NCBI GenBank assembly: GCA_040954595.2
Contig: CM082598.2
Span: 8,633,097 to 8,697,096 of the forward strand
From: Balanoglossus misakiensis
Taxonomy: Eukaryota; Animalia; Hemichordata
Length of the DNA stretch: 64,000 nucleotides
Reading direction: 5' to 3'
Positions 25,101 through 38,199 of this stretch are shown one piece after another. A program made the position numbers and the translations under genes. The stretch's first letter is position 1. Each line of letters starts with the position of its first letter. The notes beneath the pieces were generated by a model. It did not search any database, was not told the origin of the DNA, and saw only the letters and a list, made by a program, of their open reading frames with translations.

Positions 25101-25900
25101 AGCCGTTATTTCCCCCCTCCCAAGAATGGCGGCAATAAAATCTCTAACATCATTTCTCCCCTCCCAAGAAAGGCGGCATTAAATTCTCTGCCATCATTTC
25201 TCCCCTCCCAAGAATGGCGGCAATATATTCTCTGCCATCATTTCTCCCCTCCCAAGAATGGCGGCAACAAACTCTCAGCCGTTATTACTCCCCTCCCAAG
25301 AATGGCGGCAACAAACTCTCTGCCATCATTTCTCCCCTCCCAAGAATGGCGGCAACAAACTCTCAGTCGTTATTTCTCCCCTCCCGAGAATGGCGGCAAC
25401 AAACTGTCCGCACTGATTTCTCCCCCCCCCCCCCACCAAGAATGGCGGCAATAAATTCTCTGCCATCATTTCTCCCCTCCCGAGAATTGCGGCAATAAAT
25501 TCTCTGCCATCATTTCTCCCCCTCCCGATAATGGCGGCAATAAATTCTCTGCCATCATTTATCCCCTCCCAAGAATGGCGGCAATATATTCTCTGCCATG
25601 ATTTCTCCCCTCCCTAGAATGGCGGTAATATATTCTCTGCCATAATTTCTCCCCTCCCAAGAATGGCGGCAATAAATTCTGTGCCATCATTTCTCCCCTC
25701 CCGAGAATGGCGGCAACAAACTCTCAGCCGTTATTTCTCCCCTCCCAAGAATGGCGGCAATAAATTCTCTGCCATGATTTCTCCCCTCCCAAGAATGGCG
25801 GCAACAAACTCTCAGCCGTTATATCTCCCCTCCCGAGAATGGCAGCGATAAATTCTCTGCCATCATTTCTCCCCTCCCAAGGATGGCGGTAATAAATTAT
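19200..25900. repeat. ~3.62-kb tandem block duplication inside the satellite
   Basis: Matching variant strings recur at offset 3623-3625: 19339/22962, 19779/23402, 20219/23842, 20835/24458, 21414/25038 and 22038/25663. Rare shared variants include CCCCTCTCATG and CTCAGGCGTT. Confidence 0.8.
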
Positions 25901-28739
25901 CTGCCATCGTTTCTCCCCTCCCAAGAATGGCGGCATCAAACTCTCAGCCCTCATTTCTCCCCTCCCGAGAATGGCGGCAACAAACTCTCAGCCCTTATTT
26001 CTCCCCTCCCAAGAATGGCGGCAATAAATTTTCTGCCATCATTTCTCCCCTCCCAAGAATGGCGGCAATATATTCTCTGCCATCATTTCTCCCCTCCCTA
26101 GAATGGCGGCAATATATTCTCTGCCATTATTTCTCCCCTCCCAAGAATGGCGGCAATATATTCTCTGCCATCATTTCTCCCCTCCCAAGAATGGCGGCAA
26201 CAAACTCTCAGTCGTTATTTCTCCCCTCCCGAGAATGGCGGCAACAAACTCTCAGCCATCATTTCTCCCCTCCCGATAATGGCGGCAATAAATTCTCTGC
26301 CATCATTTATCCCCTCCCAAGATTTGCGGCAATAAATTCTCTGCCATCATTTTTCCCCTCCTTAGAATGGAGGCAATATATTCTCTGCCATGATTTCTCC
26401 CCTCCCTAGAATGGCGGTAATATATTCTCTGCCATAATTTCTCCCCTGCCAAGAATGGCGGCAATAAATTCTGTGCCATCATTTCTCCCCTCCCGAGAAT
26501 GGCGGCAACAAACTCTCAGCCGTTATTTCTCCCCTCCCAAGAATGGCGGCAATAAATTCTCTACCATCATTTCTCCCCTCCCAAGAATGGCGGCATTAAA
26601 TTCTCTGCCATCATTTCTGCCCTCCCGAGAATGGCTTCAACAAACTCTCAGCCCTTATTTCACCCCTCCCAAGGATGGCGGCAATATATTCTCTGCCATC
26701 ATTTCTCCCCTCCATAGAATGGCGGCAATATATTCTCTGCCATCATTTCTCCCCTCCCAAGAATGGCGGCAACAAACTCTCAGTCGTTATTTCTCCCCTC
26801 CCGAGAATGGCGGGAACAAACTCTCAGCCATCATTTCTCCCCTCCCGATAATGGCGGCAATAATTTCTCTGCCATGATTTCTCCCCTCCCAAGAATGGCG
26901 GCAGTAAATTCTCTGCCATCATTTCTCACCTCCCGAGAATGGCGGCAACAAATTCTCTGCCATCATTTTTCCCCTCCTTAGAATGGAGGCAATATATTCT
27001 CTGCCATGATTTCTCCCCTCCCTAGAATGGCGGTAATATATTCTCTGCCATAATTTCTCCCCTCCCAAGAATGGCGGCAATAAATTCTGTGCCATCATTT
27101 CTCCCCTCCCGAGAATGGCGGCAACAAACTCTCAGCCTTTATTTCTCCCCTCCCAAGAATGGCGGCAATAAATTCTCTGCCATGATTTCTCCCCTCCCAA
27201 GAATGGCGGCAACAAACTCTCAGCCGTTATATCTCCCCTCCCGAGAATGGCAGCGATAAATTCTCTGCCATCATTTCTCCCCTCCCAAGGATGGCGGTAA
27301 TAAATTATCTGCCATCGTTTCTCCCCTCCCAAGAATGGCGGCATCAAACTCTCAGCCCTCATTTCTCCCCTCCCGAGAATGGCGGCAACAAACTCTCAGC
27401 CCTTATTTCTCCCCTCCCAAGAATGGCGGCAATAAATTTTCTGCCATCATTTCTCCCCTCCGAAGAATGGCGGCAATATATTCTCTGCCATCATTTCTCC
27501 CCTCCCTAGAATGGCGGCAATATATTCTCTGCCATTATTTCTCCCCTCCCAAGAATGGAGGCAATATATTCTCTGCCATCATTTCTCCCCTCCCAAGAAT
27601 GGCGGCAACAAACTCTCAGCCGTTATTACTCCCCTCCCAAGAATGGCGGCAACAAACTCTCTGCCATCATTTCTCCCCTCCCAAGAATGGCGGCAACAAA
27701 CTCTCAGTCGTTATTTCTCCCCTCCCGAGAATGGTGGCAACAAACTGTCCGCACTGATTTCTCCCCCCCCCCCCACCAAGAATGGCGGCAATAAATTCTC
27801 TGCCATCATTTCTCCCCTCCCGAGAATTGCGGCAATAAATTCTCTGCCATCATTTCTCCCCTCCCGATAATGGCGGCAATAAATTCTCTGCCATCATTTA
27901 TCCCCTCCCAAGATTTGCGGCAATAAATTCTCTGCCATCATTTTTCCCCTCCTTAGAATGGAGGCAATATATTCTCTGCCATGATTTCTCCACTCCCTAG
28001 AATGGCGGTAATATATTCTCTGCCATAATTTCTCCCCTGCCAAGAATGGCGGCAATAAATTCTGTGCCATCATTTCTCCCCTCCCGAGAATGGCGGCAAC
28101 AAACTCTCAGCCGTTATTTCTCCCCTCCCAAGAATGGCGGCAATAAATTCTCTACCATCATTTCTCCCCTCCCAAGAATGGCGGCATTAAATTCTCTGCC
28201 ATCATTTCTGCCCTCCCGAGAATGGCTTCAACAAACTCTCAGCCCTTATTTCACCCCTCCCAAGGATGGCGGCAATATATTCTCTGCCATCATTTCTCCC
28301 CTCCATAGAATGGCGGCAATATATTCTCTGCCATCATTTCTCCCCTCCCAAGAATGGCGGCAACAAACTCTCAGTCGTTATTTCTCCCCTCCCGAGAATG
28401 GCGGGAACAAACTCTCAGCCATCATTTCTCCCCTCCCGATAATGGCGGCAATAATTTCTCTGCCATGATTTCTCCCCTCCCAAGAATGGCGGCAGTAAAT
28501 TCTCTGCCATCATTTCTCACCTCCCGAGAATGGCGGCAACAAATTCTCAGCCGTTATTTCTCCCCTCCCAAGAATGGCGGCAACAAACTCTCAGCCGTTA
28601 TATCTCCCCTCCCGAGAATGGCAGCGATAAATTATCTGCCATCATTTCTCCCCTCCCAAGGATGGCGGTAATAAATTCTCTGCCATCGTTTCTCCCCTCC
28701 CAAGAATGGCCCCAACAAACTCTCAGCCCTTATTTCTCC

Positions 28740-31100
28740 CCTCCCATGAATGGCGGCAACAAACTCTCTGCCATCATTTCTGCCCTCCCGAGAATGGCTT
28801 CAACAAACTCTCAGCCGTTATTTCTCCCCTCCCGAGAATGGCGGCAACAAACTCTCAGCCCTTATTTCACCCCTCCCGAGAATGGCGGCAACAAACTCTC
28901 AGCCGTTATTTATCCCCTCCCAAGATTGGCGGCAATAAATTCTCTGCCATCATTTCTCCCCTCCCAAGAATGGCGGCAACAAACTCTCAGCCGTTATATC
29001 TCCCCTCCCGAGAATGGAAGCGATAAATTCTCTGCCATCATTTCTCCCCTCCCAAGAATGGCGGTAATAAATTATCTGCCATCGTTTCTTCCCTCCCAAG
29101 AATGGCGGCATCAAACTCTCAGCCCTCATTTCTCCCCTCCCGAGAATGGCGGCAACAAGCTCTCAGCCCTTATTTCTCCCCTCCCAAGAATGGCGGCAAT
29201 ACATTTTCTGCCATCATTTCTCCCCTCCCAAGAATGGCGGCAATATATTCTCTGCCATCATTTCTCCCCTCCCTAGAATGGCGGCAATATATTCTCTGCC
29301 ATTATTTCTCCCCTCCCAAGAATGGCGGCAATATATTCTCTGCCATCATTTCTCCCCTCCCAAGAATGGCGGCAACAAACTCTCAGCCGTTATTACTCCC
29401 CTCCCAAGAATGGCGGCAACAAACTCTCTGCCATCATTTCTCCCCTCCCAAGAATGGCGGCAACAAACTCTCAGTCGTTATTTCTCCCCTCCCGAGAATG
29501 GCGGCAACAAACTCTCTGCCATCATTTCTCCCCTCCCAAGAATGGCGGCAACAAACTCTCAGTCGTTATTTCTCCCCTCCCGAGAATGGCGGCAACAAAC
29601 TCTCTGCCATCATTTCTCCCCTCCCAAGAATGGCGGCAACAAACTCTCAGCCGTTATTTCTCCCCTCCCAAGAATGGCGGCAATAAATTCTCTACCATCA
29701 TTTCTCCCCTCCCAAGAATGGCGGCATTAAATTCTCTGCCATCATTTCTGCCCTCCCGAGAATGGCTTCAACAAACTCTCAGCCCTTATTTCACCCCTCC
29801 CAAGGATGGCGGCAATATATTCTCTGCCATCATTTCTCCCCTCCATAGAATGGCGGCAATAATTTCTCTGCCATGATTTCTCCCCTCCCAAGAATGGCGG
29901 CAGTAAATTCTCTGCCATCATTTCTCACCTCCCATGAATGGCGGCAACAAACTCTCTGCCATCATTTCTGCCCTCCCGAGAATGGCTTCAACAAACTCTC
30001 AGCCGTTATTTCTCCCCTCCCGAGAATGGCGGCAACAAACTCTCAGCCCTTATTTCACCCCTCCCGAGAATGGCGGCAACAAACTCTCAGCCGTTATTTA
30101 TCCCCTCCCAAGATTGGCGGCAATAAATTCTCTGCCATCATTTCTCCCCTCCCAAGAATGGCGGCAACAAACTCTCAGCCGTTATATCTCCCCTCCCGAG
30201 AATGGAAGCGATAAATTCTCTGCCATCATTTCTCCCCTCCCAAGAATGGCGGTAATAAATTATCTGCCATCGTTTCTTCCCTCCAAAGAATGGCGGCATC
30301 AAACTCTCAGCCCTCATTTCTCCCCTCCCGAGAATGGCGGCAACAAACTCTCAGCCCTTATTTCTCCCCTCCCAAGAATGGCGGCAATACATTTTCTGCC
30401 ATCATTTCTCCCCTCCCAAGAATGGCGGCAATATATTCTCTGCCATCATTTCTCCCCTCCCTAGAATGGCGGCAATATATTCTCTGCCATTATTTCTCCC
30501 CTCCCAAGAATGGCGGCAATATATTCTCTGCCATCATTTCTCCCCTCCCAAGAATGGCGGCAACAAACTCTCAGCCGTTATTACTCCCCTCCCAAGAATG
30601 GCGGCAACAAACTCTCTGCCATCATTTCTCCCCTCCCAAGAATGGCGGCAACAAACTCTCAGTCGTTATTTCTCCCCTCCCGAGAATGGCGGCAACAAAC
30701 TCTCTGCCATCATTTCTCCCCTCCCAAGAATGGCGGCAACAAACTCTCAGCCGTTATTTCTCCCCTCCCAAGAATGGCGGCAATAAATTCTCTACCATCA
30801 TTTCTCCCCTCCCAAGAATGGCGGCATTAAATTCTCTGCCATCATTTCTGCCCTCCCGAGAATGGCTTCAACAAACTCTCAGCCCTTATTTCACCCCTCC
30901 CAAGGATGGCGGCAATATATTCTCTGCCATCATTTCTCCCCTCCATAGAATGGCGGCAATATATTCTCTGCCATCATTTCTCCCCTCCCAAGAATGGCGG
31001 CAACAAACTCTCAGTCGTTATTTCTCCCCTCCCGAGAATGGCGGGAACAAACTCTCAGCCATCATTTCTCCCCTCCCGATAATGGCGGCAATAATTTCTC
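28740..31100. repeat. 1,188-bp (27-monomer) tandem block duplication inside the satellite
   Basis: Offset 1188 for 28750/29938, 29102/30290, 29146/30334 and 29322/30510. Shared private variants are GGAAGCGATAA, TCGTTTCTTCCC and AATACATTTTCTG. Confidence 0.8.
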
Positions 31101-34100
31101 TGCCATGATTTCTCCCCTCCCAAGGATGGCGGTAATAAATTCTCTGCCATCGTTTCTCCCCTCCCAAGAATGGCCCCAACAAACTCTCAGCCCTTATTTC
31201 TCCCCTCCCATGAATGGCGGCAACAAACTCTCTGCCATCATTTCTGCCCTCCCGAGAATGGGTTCAACAAACTCTCAGCCGTTATTTCTCCCCTCCCGAG
31301 AATGGCGGCAACAAACTCTCAGCCCTTATTTCACCCCTCCCGAGAATGGCGGCAACAAATTCTCAGCCGTTATTTCTCCCCTCACAAGAATGGCGGCAAC
31401 AAACTCTCAGCCGTTATTTATCCCCTCCCAAGATTGGCGGCAATAAATTCTTTGCCATCATTTCTCCCCTCCCAAGAATGGCGGCAACAAACTCTCAGCC
31501 GTTATATATTCCCTCCCGAGAATGGCAGCAATAAATTCTCTGCCATCATTTCTCCCCTCCCAAGGATGGCGGCAATAAATTCTCTGCCATCATTTCTCCC
31601 CTCCCAAGAATGGCGGCAACAAACTCTCAGTCGTTATTTCTCCCCTCCAGAGAATGGCGGGAACAAACTCTCAGCCCTAATTTCTCAGCTCCCGATAATG
31701 GCGGCAATAAATTCTCTGCCATGATTTCTCCCATCCCAAGAATGGCGGCAATAAATTCTCTGCCATCATTTCTCCCCTCCCAAGAATGGCGGCATCAAAC
31801 TCTCAGCCCTTATTTCTCCCCTCCCAAGAATGGCGGCAATAAATTCTCTGCCATCATTTCTCCCCTCCCAAGAATGGCGGCAATATATTCTCTGCCATCA
31901 TTTCTCCCCTCCATAGAATGGCGGCAATATATTCTCTGCCATCATTTCTCCCCTCCCAAGAATGGCGGCAACAAACTCTCAGTCGTTATTTCTCCCCTCC
32001 CGAGAATGGCGGGAACAAACTCTCAGCCATCATTTCTCCCCTCCCAAGAATGGCGGCATCAAACTCTCAGCCCCCATTTCTCCCCTCCCGAGAATGGCAG
32101 CAACAAACTCTCAGCCCTTATTTCTCCCCTCCCAAGAATGGCGGCAATAAATTCTCTGCCATCATTTCTCCCCTCCCAAGAATGGCGGCATCAAACTCTC
32201 AGCCCCCATTTCTCCCCTCCCAAGATTGGCGGCAACAAACTCTCAGCCCTTATTTCTCCCCTCCCAAGAATGGCGGCAATAAATTCTCTGCCATCATTTC
32301 TCCCCTCCCAAGAATGGCGGCAATATATTCTCTGCCATCATTTCTCCCCTCCATAGAATGGCGGCAATATATTCTCTGCCATCATTTCTCCCCTCCCAAG
32401 AATGGCGGCAACAAACTCTCAGTCGTTATTTCTCCCCTCCCGAGAATGGCGGGAACAAACTCTCAGCCATCATTTCTCCCCTCCCGATAATGGCGGCAAT
32501 AAATTCTCTGCCATCATTTATCCCCTCCCAAGATTTGCGGCAATAAATTCTCTGCCATCATTTTTCCTCTCCTAAGAATGGCGGCAATATATTCTCTGCC
32601 ATGATTTCTCCCCTCCCTAGAATGGCGGTAATATATTCTCTGCCATAATTTCTCCCCTCCCAAGATGGGCGGCAATAAATTCTGTGCCATCATTTCTCCC
32701 ATCCCAAGAATGGCGGCAACAAACTCTCAGCCGTTATTTCCCCCTCCCAAGAATGGCGGCAATAAAATCTCTAACATCATTTCTCCCCTCCCAAGAATGG
32801 CGGCATTAAATTCTCTGCCATCATTTCTGCCCTCCCAAGAATGGCTTCAACAAACTCTCAGCCCTTATTTCACCCCTCCCAAGGATGGCGGTAATATATT
32901 CTCTGCCATAATTTCTCCCCTCCCAAGATGGGCGGCAATAAATTCTGTGCCATCATTTCTCCCCTCCCAAGAATGGCGGCAACAAATTCTCAGCCATCAT
33001 TTCTCCCCTCCCAAGAATGGCGGCAACAAACTCTCAGTCGTTATTTCTCCCCTCCCGAGAATGGCGGGAACAAACTCTCAGCCATCATTTCTCCCCTCCC
33101 GATAATGGCGGCAATAATTTCTCTGCCATGATTTCTCCCCTCCCAAGAATGGCGGCAATACATTCTCTGCCATCATTTCTCCCCTCCCGAGAATGGCGGC
33201 AACAAATTCTCAGCCGTTATTTCTCCCCTCACAAGAATGGCGGCAACAAACTCTCAGCCGTTATTTCTCCCCTCACAAGAATGGTGGCAACAAACTCTCA
33301 GCCGTTATGTATCCCCTCCCAAGATTGGCGGCAATAAATTCTCTGCCATCATTTATCCCCTCCCAAGATTTGCGGCAATAAATTCTCTGCCATCGTTTCT
33401 CCCCTCCCAAGAATGGCGGCAATAAATTCTGTGCCATCATTTCTCCCCTCCCAAGAATGGCGGCAAAAAACTCTCAGCCGTTATTTCTCCCCTCCCAAGA
33501 ATGGCGGCAATAAATTCTCTACCATCATTTCTCCCCTCCCAAGAATGGCGGCATTAAATTCTCTGCCATCATTTCTGCCCTCCCGAGAATGGCTTCAACA
33601 AACTCTCAGCCCTTATTTCACCCCTCCCAAGGATGGCGGCAATATATTCTCTGCCATCATTTCTCCCCTCCATAGAATGGCGGCAATATATTCTCTGCCA
33701 TCATTTCTCCCCTCCCAAGAATGGCGGCAACAAACTCTCAGTCGTTATTTCTCCCCTCCCGAGAATGGCGGGAACAAACTCTCAGCCATCATTTCTCCCC
33801 TCCCAAGAATGGCGGCAGTAAATTCTCTGCCATCATTTCTCACCTCCCGAGAATGGCGGCAACAAATTCTCAGCCGTTATTTCTCCCCTCACAAGAATGG
33901 CGGCAACAAACTCTCAGCCGTTATTTATCCCCTCCCAAGATTGGCGGCAATAAATTCTCTGCCATCATTTTTCCCCTCCTAAGAATGGCGGCAATATATT
34001 CTCTGCCATGATTTCTCCCCTCCCTAGAATGGCGGTAATATATTCTCTGCCATAATTTCTCCCCTCCCGAGAATGGCAGCAATAAATTCTGTGCCATCAT

Positions 34101-37100
34101 TTCTCCCCTCCCAAGAATGGCGGCAATAAATTCTCTGCCATCATTTCTCCCCTCCCAAGAATGGCGGCAACAAACTCTCAGTCGTTATTTCTCCCCTCCC
34201 GAGAATGGCGGGAACAAACTCTCAGCCCTTATTTCTCAGCTCCCGATAATGGCGGCAATAATTTCTCTGCCATGATTTCTCCCCTCCCAAGAATGGCGGC
34301 AATAAACTCTCAGTCGTTATTTCTCCCCTCCCGAGAATGGCGGGAACAAACTCTCAGCCATCATTTCTCCCCTCCCGATAATGGCGGCAATAATTTCTCT
34401 GCCATGATTTCTCCCCTCCCAAGAATGGCGGCAATAAATTCTCTGCCATCATTTCTCCCCTCCCGAGAATTGCGGCAATAAATTCTCTGCCATCATTTCT
34501 CCCCTCCCGATAATGGCGGCAATAAATTATCTGCCATCATTTATCCCCTCCCAAGATTTGCGGCAATAAATTCTCTGCCATCATTTTTCCCCTCCTAAGA
34601 ATGGCGGCAATATATTCCCTGCCATGATTTCTCCCCTCCCTAGAATGGCGGTAATATATTTTCTGCCATAATTTCTCCCCTCCCAAGAATGGCGGCAATA
34701 AATTCTGTGCCATCATTTCTCCCCTCCCAAGAAGGGCGGCAACAAACTCTCAGCCGTTATTTCCCCCCTCCCAAGAATGGCGGCAATAAAATCTCTAACA
34801 TCATTTCTCCCCTCCCAAGAATGGTGGCATTAAATTCTCTGCCATCATTTCTCCCCTCCCAAGAATGGCGGCAACAAACTCTCAGTCGTTATTTCTCCCC
34901 TCCCGAGAATGGCGGGAACAAACTCTCAGCCATCATTTCTCCCCTCCCGATAATGGCGGCAATAATTTCTCTGCCATGATTTCTCCCCTCCCAAGAATGG
35001 CGGCAATAAATTCTCTGCCATCATTTCTCCCCTCCCGAGAATTGCGGCAATAAATTCTCTGCCATCATTTCTCCCCTCCCGATAATGGCGGCAATAAATT
35101 CTCTGCAATCATTTATCCCCTCCCAAGATTTGCGGCAATAAATTCTCTGCCATCATTTTTCCCCTCCTAAGAATGGCGGCAATATATTCCCTGCCATGAT
35201 TTCTCCCCTCCCTAGAATGGCGGTAATATATTTTCTGCCATAATTTCTCCCCTCCCAAGAATGGCGGCAATAAATTCTGTGCCATCATTTCTCCCCTCCC
35301 AAGAAGGGCGGCAACAAACTCTCAGCCGTTATTTCCCCCTCCCAAGAATGGCGGCAATAAAATCTCTAACATCATTTCTCCCCTCCCAAGAATGGTGGCA
35401 TTAAATTCTCTGCCATCATTTCTGCCCTCCCGAGAATGGCTTCAACAAACTCTCAGCCCTTATTTCACCCCTCCCAAGGATGGCGGCAATATATTCTCTG
35501 CCATCATTTCTCCCCTCCATAGAATGGCGGCAATATATTCTCTGCCATCATTTCTCCCCTCCCAAGAATGGCGGCAATAATTTCTCTGCCATCATTTCTC
35601 CCCTCCCAAGAATGGCGGCAATAAATTCTCTGCCATCATTTCTCCCCTCCCGAGAATGGCGGCAACAAATTCTCAGCCGTTATTTCTCCCCTCACAAGAA
35701 TGGCGGCAACAAACTCTCAGCCGTTATTTATCCCCTCCCAAGATTGGCGGCAATAAATTCTCTGCCATCATTTATCCCCTCCCAAGAATGGCGGCAACAA
35801 TTTATCTCCCCTCCCGAGAATGGCTGCGATAAATTCTCTGCCATCATTTCTCCCCTCCCAAGGATGGCGGTAATAAATTCTCTGCCATTGTTTCTCCCCT
35901 CCAAAGAATGGCCCCAACAAACTCTCAGCCCTTATTTCTCCCCTCCCATGAATGGCGGCAACAAATTCTCAGCCGTTATTTCTCCCCTCACAAGAATGGC
36001 GGCAACAAACTCTCAGCCGTTATTTATCCCATCCCAAGATTGGCGGCAATAAATTCTCTGCCATCATTTCTACCCTCCCAAGAATGGCGGCAACAAACTC
36101 TCAGCCGTTATATCTCCCCTCCCGAGAATGGCAGCAATAAATTCTCTGCCATCATTTCTCCCCTCCCAAGAATGGCGGTAACAAACTCTCTGCCATCATT
36201 TCTCCCCTCCCAAGGATGGCGGCAATAAATTCTCTGCCATCATTTCTCCCCTCCCAAGAATGGCGGCAACAAACTCTCAGTCGTTATTTCTCCCCTCCCG
36301 AGAATGGCGGGAACAAACTCTCAGCCCTTATTTCTCAGCTCCCGATAATGGCGGCAATAAATTCTCTGCCATCATTTCTCCCCTCCCAAGAATGGCGGCA
36401 ATATATTCTCTGCCATCATTTCTCCCCTCCATAGATTGGCGGCAATATATTCTCTGCCATCATTTCTCCCCTCCCAAGAATGGCGGCAACAAACTCTCAG
36501 TCGTTATTTCTCCCCTCCCGAGAATGGCGGGAACAAACTCTAAGCCATCATTTCTCCCCTCCCATGAATGGCGGCAACAAACTCTCTGCCATCATTTCTG
36601 CCCTCCCGAGAATGGCTTCAACAAACTCTCAGCCGTTATTTCTCCCCTCCCGAGAATGTCGGCAACAAACTCTCAGCCCTTATTTCACCCCTCCCGAGAA
36701 TGGCGGCAACAAATTCTCAGCCGTTATTTCTCCCCTCACAAGAATGGCGGCAACAAACTCTCAGCCGTTATTTATCCCCTCCCAAGATTGGCGGCAATAA
36801 ATTCTCTGCCATCATTTCTCCCCTCCCAAGAATGGCGGCAACAAACTCTCAGCCGTTATATCTCCCCTCCCGAGAATGGCAGCAATACATTCTCTGCCAT
36901 CATTTCTCCCCTCCCAAAGATGGCGGCAATAAATTCTCTGCCATCATTTCTCCCCTCCCAAGAATGACGGCAACAAACTCTCAGTCGTTATTTCTCCCCT
37001 CCCGATAATGGCGGCAATAAATTCTCTGCCATCATTTATTCCCTCCCAAGATTTGCGGCAATAAATTCTCTGCCATCATTTTTCCCCTCCTAAGAATGGC

Positions 37101-38199
37101 GGCAATATATTCTCTGCCATGAATTCTCCCCTCCCTAGAATGGCGGTAATATATTCTCTGCCATAATTTCTCCCCTCCATAGATTGGCGGCAATAAATTC
37201 TCTGCCATCATTTCTCCCCTCCCAAGAATGGCGGCAACAAACTCTCAGTCGTTATTTCTCCCCTCCCGAGAATGGCGGGAACAAACTCTCAGCCCTTATT
37301 TCTCAGCTCCCGATAATGGCGGCAATAAATTCTCTGCCATCATTTCTCCCCTCCCAAGAATGGCGGCAATATATTCTCTGCCATCATTTCTCCCCTCCAT
37401 AGATTGGCGGCAATATATTCTCTGCCATAATTTCTCCCCTCCCAAGAATGGCGGCAACAAACTCTCAGTCGTTATTTCTCCCCTCCTGAGAATGGCGGGA
37501 ACAAACTCTCAGCCATCATTTCTCCCCTCCCATGAATGGCGGCAACAAACTCTCTGCCATCATTTCTGCCCTCCCGAGAATGGCTTCAACAAACTCTCAG
37601 CCGTTATTTCTCCCCTCCCGAGAATGGCGGCAACAAACTCTCAGCCCTTATTTCACCCCTCCCGAGAATGGCGGCAACAAATTCTCAGCCGTTATTTCTC
37701 CCCTCACAAGAATGGCGGCAACAAACTCTCTGCCATCATTTCTCCCCTCCCAAGAATGGCGGCAACAAACTCTCAGCCGTTATATCTCCCCTCCCGAGAA
37801 TGGCAGCAATAAATTCTCTGCCATCATTTCTCCCCTCCCAAGGATGGCGGCAATAAATTCTCTGCCATCATTTCTCCCCTCCCAAGAATGGCGGCAACAA
37901 ACTCTCAGTCGTTATTTCTCCCCTCCCGATAATGGCGGCAATAAATTCTCTGCCATCATTTATTCCCTCCCAAGATTTGCGGCAATAAATTCTCTGCCAT
38001 CATTTTTCCCCTCCTAAGAATGGCGGCAATATATTCTCTGCCATGATTTCTCCCCTCCCTAGAATGGCGGTAATATATTCTCTGCCATAATTTCTCCCCT
38101 CCCAAGAATGGCGGCAATAAATTCTGTGCCATCATTTCTCCCCTCCCAAGAATGGCGGCAACAAACTCTCAGCCGTTATTTCACCCCTCCCAAGGATGG

